Shown here in pieces: positions 60,301 through 64,000 of a stretch of DNA of 64,000 nt (positions are counted from its first letter, which is position 1; the number at the start of each line of letters is the position of its first letter). Origin of the DNA: Tubulanus polymorphus (lineage: Eukaryota > Animalia > Nemertea). The position numbers and the translations under genes are program-made. Under the pieces are notes generated by a model. It was not told where the DNA came from. It saw only the letters and a program-made list of their open reading frames with translations, and did no database searches. The stretch spans positions 12,370,485 through 12,434,484 of the forward strand of contig NC_134027.1 of the NCBI RefSeq assembly GCF_964204645.1, given 5' to 3'.

Positions 60301-61463
60301 TAAGCAGATGCTTTACTCCAATTTCATAGAACAGCCAGCAGACCATTAAAAGTAATTGATTGATGAAATAAAATCCAGAAGATTTTATTGCTACAGATTT
60401 GAAAAAGCTCCAGTACTTTGCAGCATCGGACAATGTTCAGAGCATCATCATTTCTCAATTTCAAATTTTATGATTCCTATAAATCAAATTTGAATTGTTC
60501 TCTATTTGAGGTAGGAATGAGTAGGCCAGCTCATGAGTGCTCGGGGATATTTTATGTTGCAATGTTTTATATGATTAAAATCAGCAAATGGATATTTTTA
60601 TGTTAACACCTTATTGCAATCTGTTGTTTTCATATTTCTTTCTCCGGCCAAAAGATAATTTTCCATTCTTAACTTGGCTTCTTTAAAACCATTCGGCCAA
60701 AAAGCCAAGTTGCTGATGGCTAAAGCTGTATTTTGTATCCCAAAGTTGGATTATTTACAGATCGAACTACGCATTAAAGCCTGGTAGAATGATGAAAAAA
60801 ATGTTTTAATCATATACACTGAACATTTGAATAGATAATGTTGTATCCATGTTAGGGTTGAATACATTTTATTGACCAGGGTTCGGTTTCATAGACATAG
60901 AATAATTTGGTGCTAGCAATAAGGGTTATTCTGGGTATCAAATAGATTCCCTGGGAATAATTAGTGCTAGCACCAAATTTCAACTGAGTGCCAAGGAGGC
61001 CTACGATTTTCATTTCAAACCTAAATCAATTGTAACTAATCGATGTTTTCAGTGTGCTGTACTATGAAGAAAAGAAATGGAACGTTTAGTGCTTTATGTT
61101 AGAATGTATTGAAACAATGTCAATATGGATAAGATTCCTAGCTCTGTTGAAGCTGTATGCATTAAACTTACATGCCTTATTTGGTCAATGGACTGGAAAT
61201 TTGAGTATGTGTCAAGAGCTGAAATTTATTGCATATGCGGTATGATCTTCATCTGAACATGTTTTAGAGATACGTAGTTGATGGTTTAATTTCTTGTTTG
61301 ATCGACTATTTTTTGTCGCAAAGGCGCAGATAACTTCAGTGCTGTAATCAAATAATGTAATGAATTGCTTGGCAAAGGAATGGAAGATTCATTGAATGAA
61401 TCTTGACATGCTTTTAATCTTTTAATCTACAAAGTTTGTTCTCATCCAGTGGCAAACCCCTAA

Positions 61464-61808
61464 GGGGCTGTCCATAAAAGATGTCAACACAAAATATAGA
61501 AAATATGACCCCCTCCCCCTATGTCCACGTAAAATCCATATCAGCTTGACCCCCCTCCCCCTTGTCCAACGGACAGTGGGGTTTAAGTTTCACATTTGAT
61601 AAGGATTTGATGCAGCATAAAAAAACTTAACTTTTATTAACGTATTTAAATTTATTCCCTTAACCTGGTATTATAAGATGTCCCTAAACTAGTGACCTCT
61701 TCTTTCAAGATGGACATCCATATCAGAGGACCCCCCTTGTCCACTAAAGTCCAAAAAATCTAAAATCCCCTCCCTCCTACAGCGTGGATGCCTTTTATGT
61801 ACGGCCCC
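61464..61808. mobile_element. 345-bp MITE with TAA TSD (Harbinger/Zator-like)
   Basis: TAA-GGGGCTGTCCATAAAA ... TTTTATGTACGGCCCC-TAA. Confidence 0.82.
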
Positions 61809-62769
61809 TAATGACTCGTGCATAACGCCGGGGAAATAACATCGGACTTACTAAAAAGGTCCTTTCTGGTGCGTAGGTACTTATGTTGAAGCTGAGATAA
61901 CTGATGGCTGATAGCTCAAATCCTTACCCTGTCCTACAGCGCTGCAGTAACCACATGGCATGGTGCATGTGTATCGGTTAATTTTGGCCACAGGTCCTAA
62001 TAGCAAGCCTTATGTCAATTTAAGGTTAGCACCAATTCCCATGTACCGATTCCAACTTGGAAGAAGCAAAATATATTCGACCATCATGACTATTGGCCTG
62101 TTATTTTGGTTTGACCCTAGTGAATTGAAGTAAGATGCTAATTTGCACAATAAAACTCTTTGTTTTCCCATTAAAAGTAATTCTGGAGGTCTTTCAGTGG
62201 GCTGGTTACATAAGTCAGTAAATCCTTTCTAGTTACCAGTAGCAGATTTAGATTGTCTCACATGCTTCATGATGATGTGCCTCTTTTTCGAAAAGTGTGC
62301 TTTTTCTTTGGTGAGGCAGTCAAAATTGGACCCTAGATCCGTCCCTGGTTACCAAGCCCATTATTACGGGGAGTTCTGGGGGGCTCAAAAAAGTCGAGGG
62401 AATGTGGGATGAGCTGATAATCTTACCTGAATGCAATAACCAATAGTATCTGCTGATAAACCTGATGTAATAAGCTATCGATGAATGTCAAATGATGACA
62501 TTCATTGCCTGGATACAGCCATTCAATGTTCCTGGACAATGATCTGTTGCCAGTGATACTAACAAGTGAATGGATAAATGTAGATCTACTCAAGGGTTTC
62601 TGACAGATGATTAGTATTCTCATCTTGTAGTTGACTACACTAATAGAAACACTTTCTATTACCTCTCCGGTCTCGACAAAAATCTACTTTCATAGTTATT
62701 CTCCCTCTTTCCCTGTCCTGCTTCTCTTTTTGTATGACATACGAATCCAAAGGCTCTACAAACCTGGAG

Positions 62770-63043
62770 CTTGATACAATTTGCGGCATGTCCAAGTCAG
62801 CATGTAGTAATTTTGGCTGACCTAAAACGTTAGACCAGGCCCGAGCCAAATCTTAGCACAGGACAAACGATTGTGTTTGAATTGCAACTGGTTCCAGAAA
62901 TAACTTAGCGTTGTTTGTGCATTGTTTCGATTGAGTGGTTTGTGTGTGAGTGAGCTTTCTAATTAGGCACGGGCCAAATTTGTCTCTGGCCTGATCTGTG
63001 CCAATTTGGCACTGGCCAAAATTGTCTCCGTGTGGTTGCAGCT
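62770..63043. mobile_element. MITE, same family as 57075-57304
   Basis: Reverse-complement similarity; end gtgtggttgcagct. Confidence 0.7.
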
Positions 63044-63577
63044 TTTAACAAATAAGCTAGTAATGAATTTTGTCTATGATTTTCCCTAGATTTATTACAA
63101 AATTAATTCATTTGAACTTATTTGAATTTCTATATTCGCATACCAGTGGTGATTTTGACGAAAAAAAAACTTGTGTATTAATGCACAGATAAATGCAATG
63201 CCATACCCGTTTGCATGATAATAACACCATATACAGGTAGACCAGATTTTGTCGAATACGAGCAACATTGCATTGAAGTGCTGTGACTTGGTGATTGATC
63301 GATCCCTGCTGGCCTAGGCCATGTTGCGATAACTTTATCAAAAATGATATGTATGCTGGTTACATGCTAGTGACACGATGGTTTCGGCTATTTAGTTGAG
63401 GCTGCTGAGTGGTGTACTTGTGCGCACATCCAGTTCGCTAGTGCGAGACTACAGTTGTTAATGAAGTGTGTTAAGCAGGGGAAACACTAGGCAATTTTTC
63501 GAGGCTATTTAGTTGTCCGTAAATTCGTCTAGTTTGTCAGGGACGGTACTTGAAGAATTCCTTTGAAGAGATTCTAA

Positions 63578-63865
63578 GCTTCAAATTTTTTGTGGTTCAA
63601 TGCAAATGAAATTTTTCTGATGGTTAGACTTTGCAAGGCCACAGGCTTCTAGTTAGCTAATGACTACTCTAGAATACTATTCTAAGCTTGACTTAAAGAT
63701 AATTATGTATTATGTATTTGCTTCAAATTTTTTGTGGTTCAATGCAAATGAAATTTTTCTGATGGTTAGACTTTGCAAGGCCACAGGCTTCTAGTTAGCT
63801 AATGACTACTCTAGAATACTATTCTAAGCTTGACTTAAAGATAATTATGTATTATGTATTTGCTT
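63578..63865. repeat. Perfect 142-bp tandem duplication
   Basis: 63578-63719 is repeated at 63720-63861, with GCTT microhomology at the junctions. Confidence 0.95.
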
Positions 63866-64000
63866 TTCAGGGTTTCCTCTACCTACAGCTATTGAGCTGC
63901 AGGTAACATCATTCAGCTATTGAATTATTCTAAATGGCACTGAATAGCTCCATTTGCTCAGTTTTTTTATTTTCAGCAGCATCGATATTAGAAAATGATT

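Overview
AT-rich eukaryotic DNA, probably from a marine invertebrate (inferred from the repeat families). It is not prokaryotic, and most ORFs in the supplied track are spurious. The backbone is a + strand multi-exon gene for a long coiled-coil protein recognisable as GRIP1-associated protein 1 (GRIPAP1/GRASP-1). I chained 17 GT-AG exons from 164 to 53832 in one frame (1697 nt, about 565 codons). The 5' exons lie upstream of the window and I could not find the expected last exon. The introns are packed with often nested mobile DNA: three decayed DIRS1-type tyrosine-recombinase retrotransposons (one with intact ITR/ICR architecture, one flanked by a ~120-bp duplication), several Helentron-associated (HINE/DINE-1-like) elements with internal 144-155-bp tandem repeats, PIF/Harbinger derivatives with MADF relics, two near-identical hAT-like MITEs with 6-bp TSDs, a 5'-truncated Penelope element ending in a minimal hammerhead-like motif, two tRNA-derived SINEs, and a ~2.7-kb array of 31-bp hairpin repeats. 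I found no demonstrably new biological system. The best leads are the DIRS recombinant structure, the hairpin satellite inside a TIR element, the concentration of inverted repeat partners in one intron (circRNA prediction) and a 90-nt intronic hairpin.
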